From the IMG/VR virus record IMGVR_UViG_3300036773_000041, positions 1 through 59,796 of that record: a stretch of 59,796 nucleotides of DNA; one strand, 5' to 3'. Below the pieces are notes generated by a model. The model was given only the letters and a program-made list of their open reading frames with translations. It did no database searches and was not told the DNA's origin. Below, piece by piece: positions 8,960 through 18,423 of the stretch; the first letter of the stretch is position 1, and each line of letters begins with the position of its first letter. The position numbers were made by a program, and so were the translations under genes. The DNA is from a virus (lineage: Duplodnaviria; Caudoviricetes).

Positions 8960-11896
8960 GTGGTGCAGAACCCGCAGTGGCCTGTGATCGATGAGGCGAT
9001 CTCGTTCCCGTCCGGCCCGAACACGCCGCCGGGGCTCGCCACCGACCTGTGGTGCTCGGTGATTGGCCGCACCGAAGGCGCGACGACGTCGGATCGGGGC
9101 CGGCTCTACGAGCTCGACCAGGTCCAGACCGGCGAGTCCACAGTCATGCTGCGTAACACTGACGGCGCGTTCGACCCGGACAACGCATCCTCGCCGTTCT
9201 GGCCGCAGGTGATCCCGTACCGGGCGCACCGTCGCCGCGCCCAGTACCCGCCGACAGTGAACCTGCTGCTGCCCTCGCAGGCCACCTCCGGGCTCGCACC
9301 CGATACGCCGGGCGGGTCGCCGCTGGCTTTGGGCGCGACGCTGCCGCCGTCGGTCTACACCAACGCTGGAGGCTTCGCGACCACGGTCGCGGACACCGGC
9401 AGCTACAACGACTACCAGCTCGCCTTCCCGGCCAGCCCCGGCGTCCACGGCCGCGAGATCTTCCTCGGCGCATGGTCGGCCACGCCGGGGCAGGCGCACA
9501 CGGGGCAGGTCCGGGCCCGGTTCACCGCGGGCGTCGCGATCCAGATGCAGCTCTCGATCCAGTGGATCGGCGTCGACGGGCACACCCAGGTCGGGTTCAC
9601 CTCCGGCGCCGCGGTCACTTTGACCGGCGCCGATCAGACGTTGACGGTGACCTCGACCGCGCCAGCGAACACGGCCGGCGGCGTGCTGATCCTCTGGAAC
9701 ACCACCAGCCCCGCCTCCACGTCGACGGTCCGCGCGTCGCAGTTCCAGATCGAGCTCGGCTCGACCCCGTCGGCCTACGCGCAGCCGTCGATCTGGTTCC
9801 CGCTGATCACCGACTTCGTCCTCGAATGGCCGCAGACGTGGCTCGACAACGGCAACTACGGTGTCTCCAGCTTGCGGTGTGTCGACGCGTTCGGGTACCT
9901 GTCGCAACGCAACCTGAAGTCGCCGGCGTATATGGAGTTGCTGGCGTTGGGGCCGTCGTTTTTCTACCCGCTCGACGAAGCCACCGACACTGTCGTATTC
10001 GCTGACCTCACGGCGAACCGACCCAACGCCGGTGTTCTGCTGTCGGCTGCCGCGAACCCTGCCCAGGTCACGGCGGGCAGCAGTCTGCAGTCGACCGCGT
10101 CGCGTGCAGCGTCGGGGTTCCTGCCGCAGGGCATCGGTGGCCCGGTCGTGACCTTCTCCAACGACCCGGCGGGGCTGTCCGCGGCGACGATCAACATGGC
10201 GGCGTCGGCGCAGGCCCCGGTCGGGCCGCCGACCGGGGCCGCGTGGACGCGGCTGTTCGCGTTCCGGATGCCCGCCGCGCCGAGCACCAACGACTTCGCC
10301 CTGTGGTTCGCCTCCGATCAGCCTGGTCTCAACGCGATCGGGATCACCACGGGGTTCGCGTCCGGGGTCCTCGCGGTGACGGTCGCCAAGAACGGCTCGG
10401 TGGTCCTGTCGAACTTCATCACAGCGACCAGCATGGCCGACGGCGGCTGGCATCTGGTCGGGATCAGCATGAGCTCGGACGGCAAGTCGCTGACCACGTG
10501 GCTGGACAGCGGCCCGACGAACACGTACACCACGGCCAGCGACATGCGCCCGGTGCTCACCGGCGGCGCGGACCTCCTCGGCGGCGAAGTGCTCCTCGGC
10601 AGCGGCACCGCCTACAACGGGTTCATCGGCGACCTCGCCCTCGCCGCCGAACTGCCCTACGCCATCACCAACGCGCAGTGGACGGCGATCTACTCCGCGT
10701 TCCGGTACGGCGGGTCCGGGCGCGGTGTCGCATCGTCCGGGACCCGCTACCAGGACATCCTGCGCTGGGCGCAATGGGTCGGCCCGCAATCTGAGGACAC
10801 CTGGACGACGGGGGAGACGAACGCCTACGGCCCGGCTGTGGACCTCCTCGCGGCCGCCGCCGACCAGGGCACTGACGTCGTCACCGCCGGGCAGAACGTC
10901 GTCACCACCGAGAACGGCAACCATTTCGTCGCCAAAGACGGCACGGTCACGTTCAAAGCCCGACGGGCCCGATACAACCTGACCGTCCCGGCCGCGACGT
11001 TCGGTGAGAACACCGCCGGCGGGGAAATCCCTTACACAACCGCCAGCTTCGGCTACGACGTCACCCGCCTCGGCAACGACGCGTCGATCAACCAAACCTC
11101 CACTGGTGTCCCGACCCGCGTCATCGACCAGCCCTCGATCACCACCTACGGCGATGTGCAGCTGCAGCGTGACGTCAACACCCTCGACGGCAACGAGCTG
11201 TTCGACGCCGCGACGTTCCTCGTCGACCGGTACCGCAACCCGGCGCAGCGGCTGCAAACCATCAGCATCGACCTCGCAGCCAACCCCGCCGCGTGGCCGA
11301 CGCTGCTCGCCCTCGAGCTCGGGTCGCTGGCCCAGGTGATGCGCCGCCCACCGAACGCCCCGGCCCTGTCGTTCCTCGGGTTCGTGGAGAAAATCACCTG
11401 GAACATGACCGACCAGGTCGGCGCGGTCTGCTCCCTGGAGATCTCCTCAGCGACCGGCCTGCAATATGAGGTCGCCGGGTCGACCCGCATGACGTTGAAG
11501 AACGCGGTCACCGCGGCCGCGACGTCGATGACGTGCAACCCGCTCGCGGATGCAGCGACCAACCCGATCCAGGCCAACATTTCCGGCTCCGACGGGTACG
11601 CGACGTGGGTCATCGACTGGGGCACCGCCAACGCCGAATACGTGCAGATCAACGCCGTCACCCCCAACAGCCCGGGCTACACGTCAGCCGTGTTCGGGAT
11701 CGGGCTGTGCACCGACGTCGTCACCCTCGCCACCGGCACCGGGTTCCGGCACGCGCACGCCATCGGCGCGACGCTGCAGGACATCGGCGGTGCCGCGAAC
11801 ATCTACACCCTCGCGCAACTCACGCCGCTGCTCACCCCCGCGAACCAGCTCGACGCGCACGCGACGCTCGGCGTCTCCACCATCCTCGGCTACTGA
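8960..11896 (+). CDS. Large minor tail/baseplate protein with carbohydrate-binding-like and LamG-like domains
   Basis: GGAAAGGGG RBS before GTG 8960; RGR-x-ELD-x-QTGE...NTDGAFDPDN N-terminus; FFYPLDE and ADGGWHLVGI LamG-like motifs. Confidence 0.8.
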   Translation: MVQNPQWPVIDEAISFPSGPNTPPGLATDLWCSVIGRTEGATTSDRGRLYELDQVQTGESTVMLRNTDGAFDPDNASSPFWPQVIPYRAHRRRAQYPPTVNLLLPSQATSGLAPDTPGGSPLALGATLPPSVYTNAGGFATTVADTGSYNDYQLAFPASPGVHGREIFLGAWSATPGQAHTGQVRARFTAGVAIQMQLSIQWIGVDGHTQVGFTSGAAVTLTGADQTLTVTSTAPANTAGGVLILWNTTSPASTSTVRASQFQIELGSTPSAYAQPSIWFPLITDFVLEWPQTWLDNGNYGVSSLRCVDAFGYLSQRNLKSPAYMELLALGPSFFYPLDEATDTVVFADLTANRPNAGVLLSAAANPAQVTAGSSLQSTASRAASGFLPQGIGGPVVTFSNDPAGLSAATINMAASAQAPVGPPTGAAWTRLFAFRMPAAPSTNDFALWFASDQPGLNAIGITTGFASGVLAVTVAKNGSVVLSNFITATSMADGGWHLVGISMSSDGKSLTTWLDSGPTNTYTTASDMRPVLTGGADLLGGEVLLGSGTAYNGFIGDLALAAELPYAITNAQWTAIYSAFRYGGSGRGVASSGTRYQDILRWAQWVGPQSEDTWTTGETNAYGPAVDLLAAAADQGTDVVTAGQNVVTTENGNHFVAKDGTVTFKARRARYNLTVPAATFGENTAGGEIPYTTASFGYDVTRLGNDASINQTSTGVPTRVIDQPSITTYGDVQLQRDVNTLDGNELFDAATFLVDRYRNPAQRLQTISIDLAANPAAWPTLLALELGSLAQVMRRPPNAPALSFLGFVEKITWNMTDQVGAVCSLEISSATGLQYEVAGSTRMTLKNAVTAAATSMTCNPLADAATNPIQANISGSDGYATWVIDWGTANAEYVQINAVTPNSPGYTSAVFGIGLCTDVVTLATGTGFRHAHAIGATLQDIGGAANIYTLAQLTPLLTPANQLDAHATLGVSTILGY

Positions 11897-11941
11897 GCCG
11901 CCCCACCCGCCCCACCCGCTGCACCCCTGTGAGGAGGCTTC

Positions 11942-12481
11942 GTGCCGCTGCCCGTACCCAGCCCCAGGACGTGGTCAGTCAACGACCTCGTCTCCGCAGC
12001 GCTGCTCAACACCAATGTGCGTGATGCGGTCACCTTCCTCGCCGGCCGGCCGTTCTTCGTCGGCTACCAGTCCACGTCGCAGTCAGTCGCGTCCGGGAGC
12101 ACGTTCCACTGCTCGATCGACACCAACCTGGTCGACACCTACAACGGCCACTCGACGACCACCAACAACTACCGGTACACCGCGCAGGTCCCCGGCTGGT
12201 ACCGGCTCGAAGCCCGCGTCGGGTGGCCGAACAACGCAACCACAGCGAGCCGTTACATCCTCGGCTGGGCGCTGAACGGATCCACCACGAACGTCGGCCG
12301 TGCCGACACCCCGAACAACAACAACGGCAGCGGCGGCCTCACCGCCGACATCGACGACTACATGTTCCTCAACGCCGGTGACGGCCTCGACCTGCTGATC
12401 TTCCAAAGCTCCGCCGGGGCGTTGTCGCTCACGACCGGCTCGCGGCAAACCCAGATGGCCGTCACCTGGGTCCACAGCTAA
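11942..12481 (+). CDS. Minor tail protein (C1q/TNF-like beta-sandwich)
   Basis: GAGGAGG RBS; PRTW...LNTNVRDA N-terminus; RYTAQVPGWY...LNAGDGLDL. Confidence 0.7.
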   Translation: MPLPVPSPRTWSVNDLVSAALLNTNVRDAVTFLAGRPFFVGYQSTSQSVASGSTFHCSIDTNLVDTYNGHSTTTNNYRYTAQVPGWYRLEARVGWPNNATTASRYILGWALNGSTTNVGRADTPNNNNGSGGLTADIDDYMFLNAGDGLDLLIFQSSAGALSLTTGSRQTQMAVTWVHS

Positions 12482-12492
12482 GGACGGATCCA

Positions 12493-13665
12493 ATGCCCCG
12501 CTACGGCCACGACGCGTCCCACTACGACTGGGGCCGCGGCGCCCTGAACCTCGCCGCCGAGCACGCGGCCGGCATCGACCTGTTCACCTACAAGGCCACC
12601 GAAGGCACCAGCTACGTCGACGAGGTCCTGTCCTCGACGATGATCGAGGCCCGGCCGGTCGGGTTCCCGGTGCTCGGCACGTACCACTTCCTGTGGCCCG
12701 GCAACGCTGCCGCGCAAGCCGACTTTTGGCTCGCGGCCGTGGAGGAGTTCGCCTCGTGGTGGCGTGATCATCCGTGCTGGATTTGGCAGATCGACGCCGA
12801 AACCACGTCCGCCGGCAGCCACCCCACCGTCGCGGACATCAACGCCTGCGGCGACCGGATCGTCGCCCGCACCGGCTGCTCACCGAAACGGGTCGCGGTG
12901 TATGCGCCGCACTGGCTCTACGGCGGCAAGCCCCGCGGGCTGCGGTCCGACCTCCCCGCGCCCGCGGCAACTGGTGGCCGCGGCGCCGTCCTCGACGCCA
13001 GCTACCACGAGCCGACCGGCACGTGGCGTGTGCCCGCCGCTGAGGCTGCTCTCGCCGCGTCCGGTGGCCTCGCCGGGCTGCGTTACCAGCTGTTGTGGGC
13101 GTCGTCCTACGTCGGCGGCAGCGGCGACTTCAAGACCCTCTACCCGGGCGACGGCGCGTCGCAGTGGGGCGCCTACGACGGCATCACGCCCACGATCCTG
13201 CAATACACGTCGTCGGCGACCATCGCCGGCCAGCACACCTGCGACGCCAACGCCATCCGCGTGAACAGCGTCGCCGACCTGCAAGCACTCTTCGAAGGAG
13301 ACAACGTGACGAGTCCAAGCCAGTGGAGCGCCGCCGACTGGGCTGCGTTCGACGCCCACGCAGGCTCCGCCGCCAACCACGCAGCGCTCGCGATCGAAGC
13401 GCAGGTCGCGGGCAACCTCTCCGGCACCATCAACCGGATCGTCTCCGACCTGTCCCTCGACCAGGCCGCCGACAGCAAGCTCAACACCCTGACCGCGAAG
13501 CTCGGCGACCTCGTCGGCCAGGTCACCGCCGTGCAGACCACGGTCGGGAAGTTGCAGACCGGCCAGGTCGACGTCCAAGGCCTCGCCGACGACCTCATGG
13601 CCGGCGGCCTCCCGCTCGAGCTCGCGCAGCAGATCGCGGCGCACGTCACCCTCGCCGCCAAGTAG
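12493..13665 (+). CDS. Endolysin, GH25 muramidase with C-terminal helical domain
   Basis: DASHY, KATEGTSYVD, GTYHF, DAE, LWASSY, ILQYTS and CDAN motifs of GH25. Confidence 0.88.
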   Translation: MPRYGHDASHYDWGRGALNLAAEHAAGIDLFTYKATEGTSYVDEVLSSTMIEARPVGFPVLGTYHFLWPGNAAAQADFWLAAVEEFASWWRDHPCWIWQIDAETTSAGSHPTVADINACGDRIVARTGCSPKRVAVYAPHWLYGGKPRGLRSDLPAPAATGGRGAVLDASYHEPTGTWRVPAAEAALAASGGLAGLRYQLLWASSYVGGSGDFKTLYPGDGASQWGAYDGITPTILQYTSSATIAGQHTCDANAIRVNSVADLQALFEGDNVTSPSQWSAADWAAFDAHAGSAANHAALAIEAQVAGNLSGTINRIVSDLSLDQAADSKLNTLTAKLGDLVGQVTAVQTTVGKLQTGQVDVQGLADDLMAGGLPLELAQQIAAHVTLAAK

Positions 13666-13740
13666 GACGCGTGCGCCCCCACCAGGGGCAGGGACGGAGC
13701 CGAGGTGACGGGTGAATGAAGTGCCCAACGGGAGGCAGCC

Positions 13741-14067
13741 GTGACCGCTGCGGAATGGATCGCGCTCGTCGGCGTCCTCATCGCGTTCCTCGGCGTCGTC
13801 GTGCCGGTCGGCCTGTCGATCCGCAAGGACGCCCGTGAGCAGGCGCAGCAGCAGGCCGAGGCGACGCGGCAGGCCGTTCTGGACGCCGAAGCACCGATCG
13901 TCGCCGACCGCGACTACTGGCGGACCCGGGCCGACCAGCTCGCCGACGAACTCCGCCGAGTCGGCCGGGCCATACCCGCCCCCGCGTACCCCGCACCATC
14001 CGGCTCAACCCCAGCCGCAGCCGCAGCATCAGCCGATCCTGCAGACGGAGGCCGGCACAGTGACTGA
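13741..14067 (+). CDS. Membrane protein with coiled coil (lysis cassette)
   Basis: GGAGG RBS; one N-terminal TM helix; follows the endolysin. Confidence 0.65.
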   Translation: MTAAEWIALVGVLIAFLGVVVPVGLSIRKDAREQAQQQAEATRQAVLDAEAPIVADRDYWRTRADQLADELRRVGRAIPAPAYPAPSGSTPAAAAASADPADGGRHSD

Positions 14068-14827
14068 CCACGATCTGAACCAACTCGCCGACGACATCAC
14101 CGCCGGGCTGCCGCCGGGCTGGACGCGGCCGCAGCGCCGGGTCGTGGCTGTGCTGTTCGCGGCGTTCCTCGCGGCGTGTGTCGTAGCGGCCGCCGCGCTC
14201 ATCGTCGCGATCCACACCGGCGACACGGCGAGCAGCGCAGCGAAACGGGCGTGCCAGCCGAACGACCAGCGCGGCCCGTGCATCGCCGCGAACCAGGCCA
14301 ACGAGGAGATCAAGCATCTCGGCGGTAAGACGGTGTCGATCCCGCCGCCCGGCCCGGTCCCGACCGTCACCAAAACCGTCACGGCACCGACCCCGGCCCC
14401 GGTGATCACGAACGCGATGCTCGACGCCGCCGCGGCACGCTACTTCCGGCTGCATCCCCCGCCGGCGGGTAAGGCCGCGGTCGTCGACTATCAGGCGCTG
14501 CGCGCGTTCATCGTGCAGCAGGTCGCGCACATCACCCCCTCACCCGGGCCGTCCGGGCCGGCCGGGCAGGACCTCACGCAGGCCCAGGCCGATCAGGGCA
14601 TGGCCGACTGGTGCACGTCGCACAACGACTGCATCGGCCCCGTCGGTGCGTCCGGGTCACCCGGCGCGACCGGCCCGGCCGGCAGCGACGGCGCGACCGG
14701 CCCCACCGGCCCGGCAGGACCGACCGGCCCCGCCTGCCCGACCGGCTACACGCAGGTCACCGTCACCCCGCAACCACTCCAATCACCCGGCGAGACGTGG
14801 GTCGTGTGCGACTCGAGCGGGCAGTGA
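14060..14827 (+). CDS. Membrane-anchored collagen-like protein
   Basis: GGAGG RBS before GTG 14060; TM helix, G-X-Y repeats, CPTGY...WVVC end. Confidence 0.75.
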   Translation: MTDHDLNQLADDITAGLPPGWTRPQRRVVAVLFAAFLAACVVAAAALIVAIHTGDTASSAAKRACQPNDQRGPCIAANQANEEIKHLGGKTVSIPPPGPVPTVTKTVTAPTPAPVITNAMLDAAAARYFRLHPPPAGKAAVVDYQALRAFIVQQVAHITPSPGPSGPAGQDLTQAQADQGMADWCTSHNDCIGPVGASGSPGATGPAGSDGATGPTGPAGPTGPACPTGYTQVTVTPQPLQSPGETWVVCDSSGQ

Positions 14828-15078
14828 TGCACTGGCTCGCGCAGCTCCTCGGCCTCAACGACCCGTCGGGGCGCGCCTACGCGTGGTGGTCCGGCGCCGG
14901 CTCCGACCTCGGCGAGCTCGCCATCCTCGGCGGCATGGCCGGTATCTACCGCCGCCACCAATGCCATGTGCGCCGCTGCTGGCGTATCGCCCGGCAGCAG
15001 GTCGAGGGCACCACCTGGCACGTCTGCCACCGGCACCACCCGGCCGGCGCGCCCACCGCGGGCGACCTCACCGCATAG
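14827..15078 (+). CDS. Small Cys/His-rich membrane protein
   Basis: TGATG coupling; WSGAGSDLGE and CHVRRCWR...CHRHHP motifs. Confidence 0.65.
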   Translation: MHWLAQLLGLNDPSGRAYAWWSGAGSDLGELAILGGMAGIYRRHQCHVRRCWRIARQQVEGTTWHVCHRHHPAGAPTAGDLTA

Positions 15079-15160
15079 CAGCACCATCCCCTGCCGACCG
15101 TCCCCCGCCCCGGGGTGCCGGTCCTTCCCGCACGCCCACGTACACCCCTGGAGGGTCGGA

Positions 15161-16174
15161 GTGAAGTTGCCCAAGCTGTCCAAGCAGCAGGTCCTCAACG
15201 CCGGCAAGGCCGTCGCCGGCGTGTTCGTCGCCGCGTTCGTCGCGTCGATCATCGCGTCCGGGCTCGACCTGGCCCACATCCGCGACCTCGCCATCTACCA
15301 GAAGGCGACGCTCGCCGGCTACTCGGCGGTCCTCGCGCTGGTCGGGTCGGTCGCCCGGTCGTGGTTCGGCGGGTTCGCCGCGCTGCGCCGCCTCGTGCCG
15401 GCCCGGGTGAAGCTGCAGCTCGTCGACCGCCGCGGCCGCGGCGGCCCACTGCGGTTCGGGAAGCTCGCCCCGCGCCTCGACCCACGCACCCTCTGGTTCC
15501 ACCACTACGCAGGCGACCTCCCCGAACCGGCCGCAGCAGTGTCGTGGACGTCGAAGCTCCCCGACTGGCTCGGGTACATGCTCAACGACCGGCTCGGTGA
15601 CTGCACCTGCGCCGCTGTCGGGCACGCCATCCAGGTCCTCACCTCCCTCGCGTCGACCCTGGTCACCGTCGCCGATTCCGTGATCCTCGCCGCCTACGAA
15701 GCGGTGTCGGGATACAATCCGGTCACGGGCGCCAACGACAACGGCGCGGTCGAGCTCGACGTGTTGAACCGGTGGCGCAAGCAGGGGTTCGACGGGCATT
15801 CGATCGCCGGGTACACGAAGCTCGACGAAACCAACGTGACCCATCTCAAGCAGGCGATCAGCCTGTTCGGGTTCGCCTACATCGGCACCGCCGTCCCCGC
15901 CGCGTGGGAGCAGGCCCCCGACGTGTGGGACGTCGCCACCGGCGCGGACGGTGAGATCGTCGGCGGCCACGCGATCGTGTTCGTCGGCTACGACGACCAG
16001 TACCTGACCCTGATCTCGTGGGGCCGGCTGTACCGGATGACGTGGGCCGCCTACCACGCCTACGTCGACGAGGCCTACGCGGTGCTGTCCCCGGACTGGA
16101 TCAAAACCGACGGCACGTCGCCGTCCGGGTTCGCCACCGCCGCGCTCCTCAACGACCTGACCGCGCTGAAGTGA
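15161..16174 (+). CDS. Holin-like TM region fused to a papain-like cysteine peptidase
   Basis: GGAGG RBS; two N-terminal TM helices; GDCTCAA (Cys), GGHAIVFVGYD (His) and ISWG motifs. Confidence 0.7.
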   Translation: MKLPKLSKQQVLNAGKAVAGVFVAAFVASIIASGLDLAHIRDLAIYQKATLAGYSAVLALVGSVARSWFGGFAALRRLVPARVKLQLVDRRGRGGPLRFGKLAPRLDPRTLWFHHYAGDLPEPAAAVSWTSKLPDWLGYMLNDRLGDCTCAAVGHAIQVLTSLASTLVTVADSVILAAYEAVSGYNPVTGANDNGAVELDVLNRWRKQGFDGHSIAGYTKLDETNVTHLKQAISLFGFAYIGTAVPAAWEQAPDVWDVATGADGEIVGGHAIVFVGYDDQYLTLISWGRLYRMTWAAYHAYVDEAYAVLSPDWIKTDGTSPSGFATAALLNDLTALK

Positions 16175-16422
16175 CCTGGGGCCGGCACTACTGGCCGTTC
16201 GCGCTGCTCGCCGTCCTGCTGATCATCCTGGGCCCGGAGATTTACGCGCTGGCCACGAACTGGGAGAACAGCCTCTCCTACTGGGTGTGGACGCAGCTCC
16301 GCGTCCAAGACGGCGAGCCTCTCGGCGCCCACTCGGTGCTGTGGTTCTTCACCCTCGTCGCCTACCTCGGGCTCGTGGGCTGGCTCGGCCCGCATCTGTG
16401 GCTCAAATGGTGGCGCGGCTAA
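16171..16422 (+). CDS. Small two-TM membrane protein
   Basis: GTGA overlap; two hydrophobic segments. Confidence 0.6.
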   Translation: MTWGRHYWPFALLAVLLIILGPEIYALATNWENSLSYWVWTQLRVQDGEPLGAHSVLWFFTLVAYLGLVGWLGPHLWLKWWRG

Positions 16423-16498
16423 CCAGCCGCGCCACCCCCCGCTCCGTTACGTCAACCTGCCGCGTGAGCGGCGACCATCCTGGATAGGAGCACGTCCG

Positions 16499-16738
16499 AT
16501 GCCATCGATCCCCACGGGCTGCGAGCAATGCGGCCAGTTCGACGACCACCCGAAGGTGCATTACGGGGGGCGGACGTGGCACCACGACTGCACCCCGGCA
16601 CCGGTCAAGGCTGAGATCCTCGCTGGCGCCCACTCGGTCAGCGCCGACGTCACCGCGGCCGTGTTCGCGGCCTGCGAAGGCGGCCTACGCGGTCACGAGC
16701 TCCGCGCCCACATCCTCACCATGCACGAGGAGGGCTGA
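16499..16738 (+). CDS. Small Zn-binding hypothetical protein
   Basis: AGGAG RBS; CxxC...HPKVH...HHDC. Confidence 0.65.
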   Translation: MPSIPTGCEQCGQFDDHPKVHYGGRTWHHDCTPAPVKAEILAGAHSVSADVTAAVFAACEGGLRGHELRAHILTMHEEG

Positions 16739-17193
16739 TGTCCAAGTTCACGACCTACGCCAACGACATCCTGGACATGGAGTACGGGGGGTGGGCCGCA
16801 GCCGGCTACACCGCCGGCACGACCAGCATCGTCCGGCTCGGTGGCACGTCCTACACCTACCCGATCATGGTTGTCCTCACGTCGACGCTGTCGGTAGCGG
16901 CGACACCGGGAACGGAGTTCGTCAACGCCGGCGGCTCCACCTATGCGCGGCTGAGTCTCGCGACCGGGCCAGTGTTCGCCACAACCGGCGCATCGGCCCA
17001 GTCGAAGACAAACGCGGCTGCGGCGACGTTCACGAACTGCCCGGCAACGACCTGGGCCGACGTATACACCGCTGACTCGACGGGCACGCCGAAGCCGATG
17101 AACTTCAAGGGCACCCCGTCGCTCGCGAAGACGGTGAACCTCGGCGACACCTGCGTGATCCCGATCGACAACTTCACCGGCAACGAAATCTAA
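16738..17193 (+). CDS. Putative tail fibre-associated structural protein
   Basis: TGATG coupling; PGTE...YAR...NAAAATF...W...KTVNLGD pattern seen in phage fibre-associated proteins. Confidence 0.6.
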   Translation: MSKFTTYANDILDMEYGGWAAAGYTAGTTSIVRLGGTSYTYPIMVVLTSTLSVAATPGTEFVNAGGSTYARLSLATGPVFATTGASAQSKTNAAAATFTNCPATTWADVYTADSTGTPKPMNFKGTPSLAKTVNLGDTCVIPIDNFTGNEI

Positions 17194-17208
17194 CAAGGGA
17201 GCCTGACC

Positions 17209-17475
17209 ATGACTGTTTCCGCAACCCTCACCGCTGACAAGCCGTCCTACGTCGCCGGAGAGACGATCGTCCTGACCTACGCCCTGGCCGGTGCCGACTC
17301 GCACACCGTGTCGTTCTCTGGGACGGTCACGGTCGACGGGGTCACATTCCCCGCAGCGACCGGTTCCCTGCAGATCGACCATGTGGAATCGTTCGGGCAG
17401 CCCGCCGCAGACGGTATCGCGCCAGCGACGCAGGACTCAGGCAACCCCGCCGTGTGGCGCGCGACCGCGGCATGA
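17209..17475 (+). CDS. Small Ig-like structural protein
   Basis: AAGGGAG RBS; LTADKPSYVAGETI motif. Confidence 0.55.
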   Translation: MTVSATLTADKPSYVAGETIVLTYALAGADSHTVSFSGTVTVDGVTFPAATGSLQIDHVESFGQPAADGIAPATQDSGNPAVWRATAA

Positions 17476-18404
17476 CCGCACGCACCTTCACCGGTGCAGT
17501 CGTCGTCGACGGCCAGACGTTCCACCCCCAAGTCACCATCGATGTCGCCGCGGCCACCGGATGGCCGGACGCATCCACCACGGGGGTACGCCCCGGAGTG
17601 GCGCTCACCGCCATCACCGGGGACGTCACCGTCAGCGTCGGCGGCACGCAAGCCAGCCCTCTCGTCTATGAGGGCAAGGACATCTCCGGTGGGCTGGATG
17701 TGTCGGCGCCGTGGGTGATCGTCCGGAACTGCAAAATCCGGGGCATCGGCAGGAACGATTGGGTGCTGCGGCTACTCGACGGTGACATCGTGATCGAGGA
17801 CTGCGAGATCGGTGACCCGGCGAAGTTCTCCTACGCCGCCGGGGTGTGGTCCGGCCCTGACGACGGGCACAAGAACACGATTCAACGCACCAACATCTAC
17901 CACTTCACCCGCGCCGTCGAGCTGAACGGCAACACAGATGTGCTCGACAACTACTGGCACGACTTCCCGATGGGCGACGACGTCTGGCGCTATTCAACGA
18001 ACTCGTGGTTCTCCGGGGCGCATTCGTCGAACATGTTCATCTCGAAGGGCTGGCACATCCTCATCCGAGGTAACAGTTTCTCCCACGGCAACTCGGCGAA
18101 CGTGTTCGTGCAGGACTACGCCAACGACGCTGCCGGGGTCGGGGACATCACCTTCGACCGGAACCGGTTCCATGCCGTGTCCCGTAACGGGCAGTTGACC
18201 GCCTACGGCATCGGGTTCGAAAACAAGGACGTCAAAGGCCCCGTCGTCGTCACGAACAACGTGTTCGACAAGGCCGGCTGGAACGTCGCCCCCGCCGAAC
18301 TGCCCGGCGGTACGGCAGCGCACTTCACCACCCACACTGGGAACACCTACGACGACGGCACCCCGGCTGACCCTGACCTGCTGATGAAACCCGTCATCTA
18401 CTGA
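17472..18404 (+). CDS. Right-handed beta-helix (pectin-lyase-like) protein, possible depolymerase
   Basis: WPDASTTG start; VIVRNCKI, IVIEDCEI, ILIRGNSF, ITFDRNRF and VVTNNVF parallel beta-helix repeats. Confidence 0.75.
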   Translation: MTARTFTGAVVVDGQTFHPQVTIDVAAATGWPDASTTGVRPGVALTAITGDVTVSVGGTQASPLVYEGKDISGGLDVSAPWVIVRNCKIRGIGRNDWVLRLLDGDIVIEDCEIGDPAKFSYAAGVWSGPDDGHKNTIQRTNIYHFTRAVELNGNTDVLDNYWHDFPMGDDVWRYSTNSWFSGAHSSNMFISKGWHILIRGNSFSHGNSANVFVQDYANDAAGVGDITFDRNRFHAVSRNGQLTAYGIGFENKDVKGPVVVTNNVFDKAGWNVAPAELPGGTAAHFTTHTGNTYDDGTPADPDLLMKPVIY

Positions 18405-18423
18405 AGAGGGAAGGGCTGACCCG

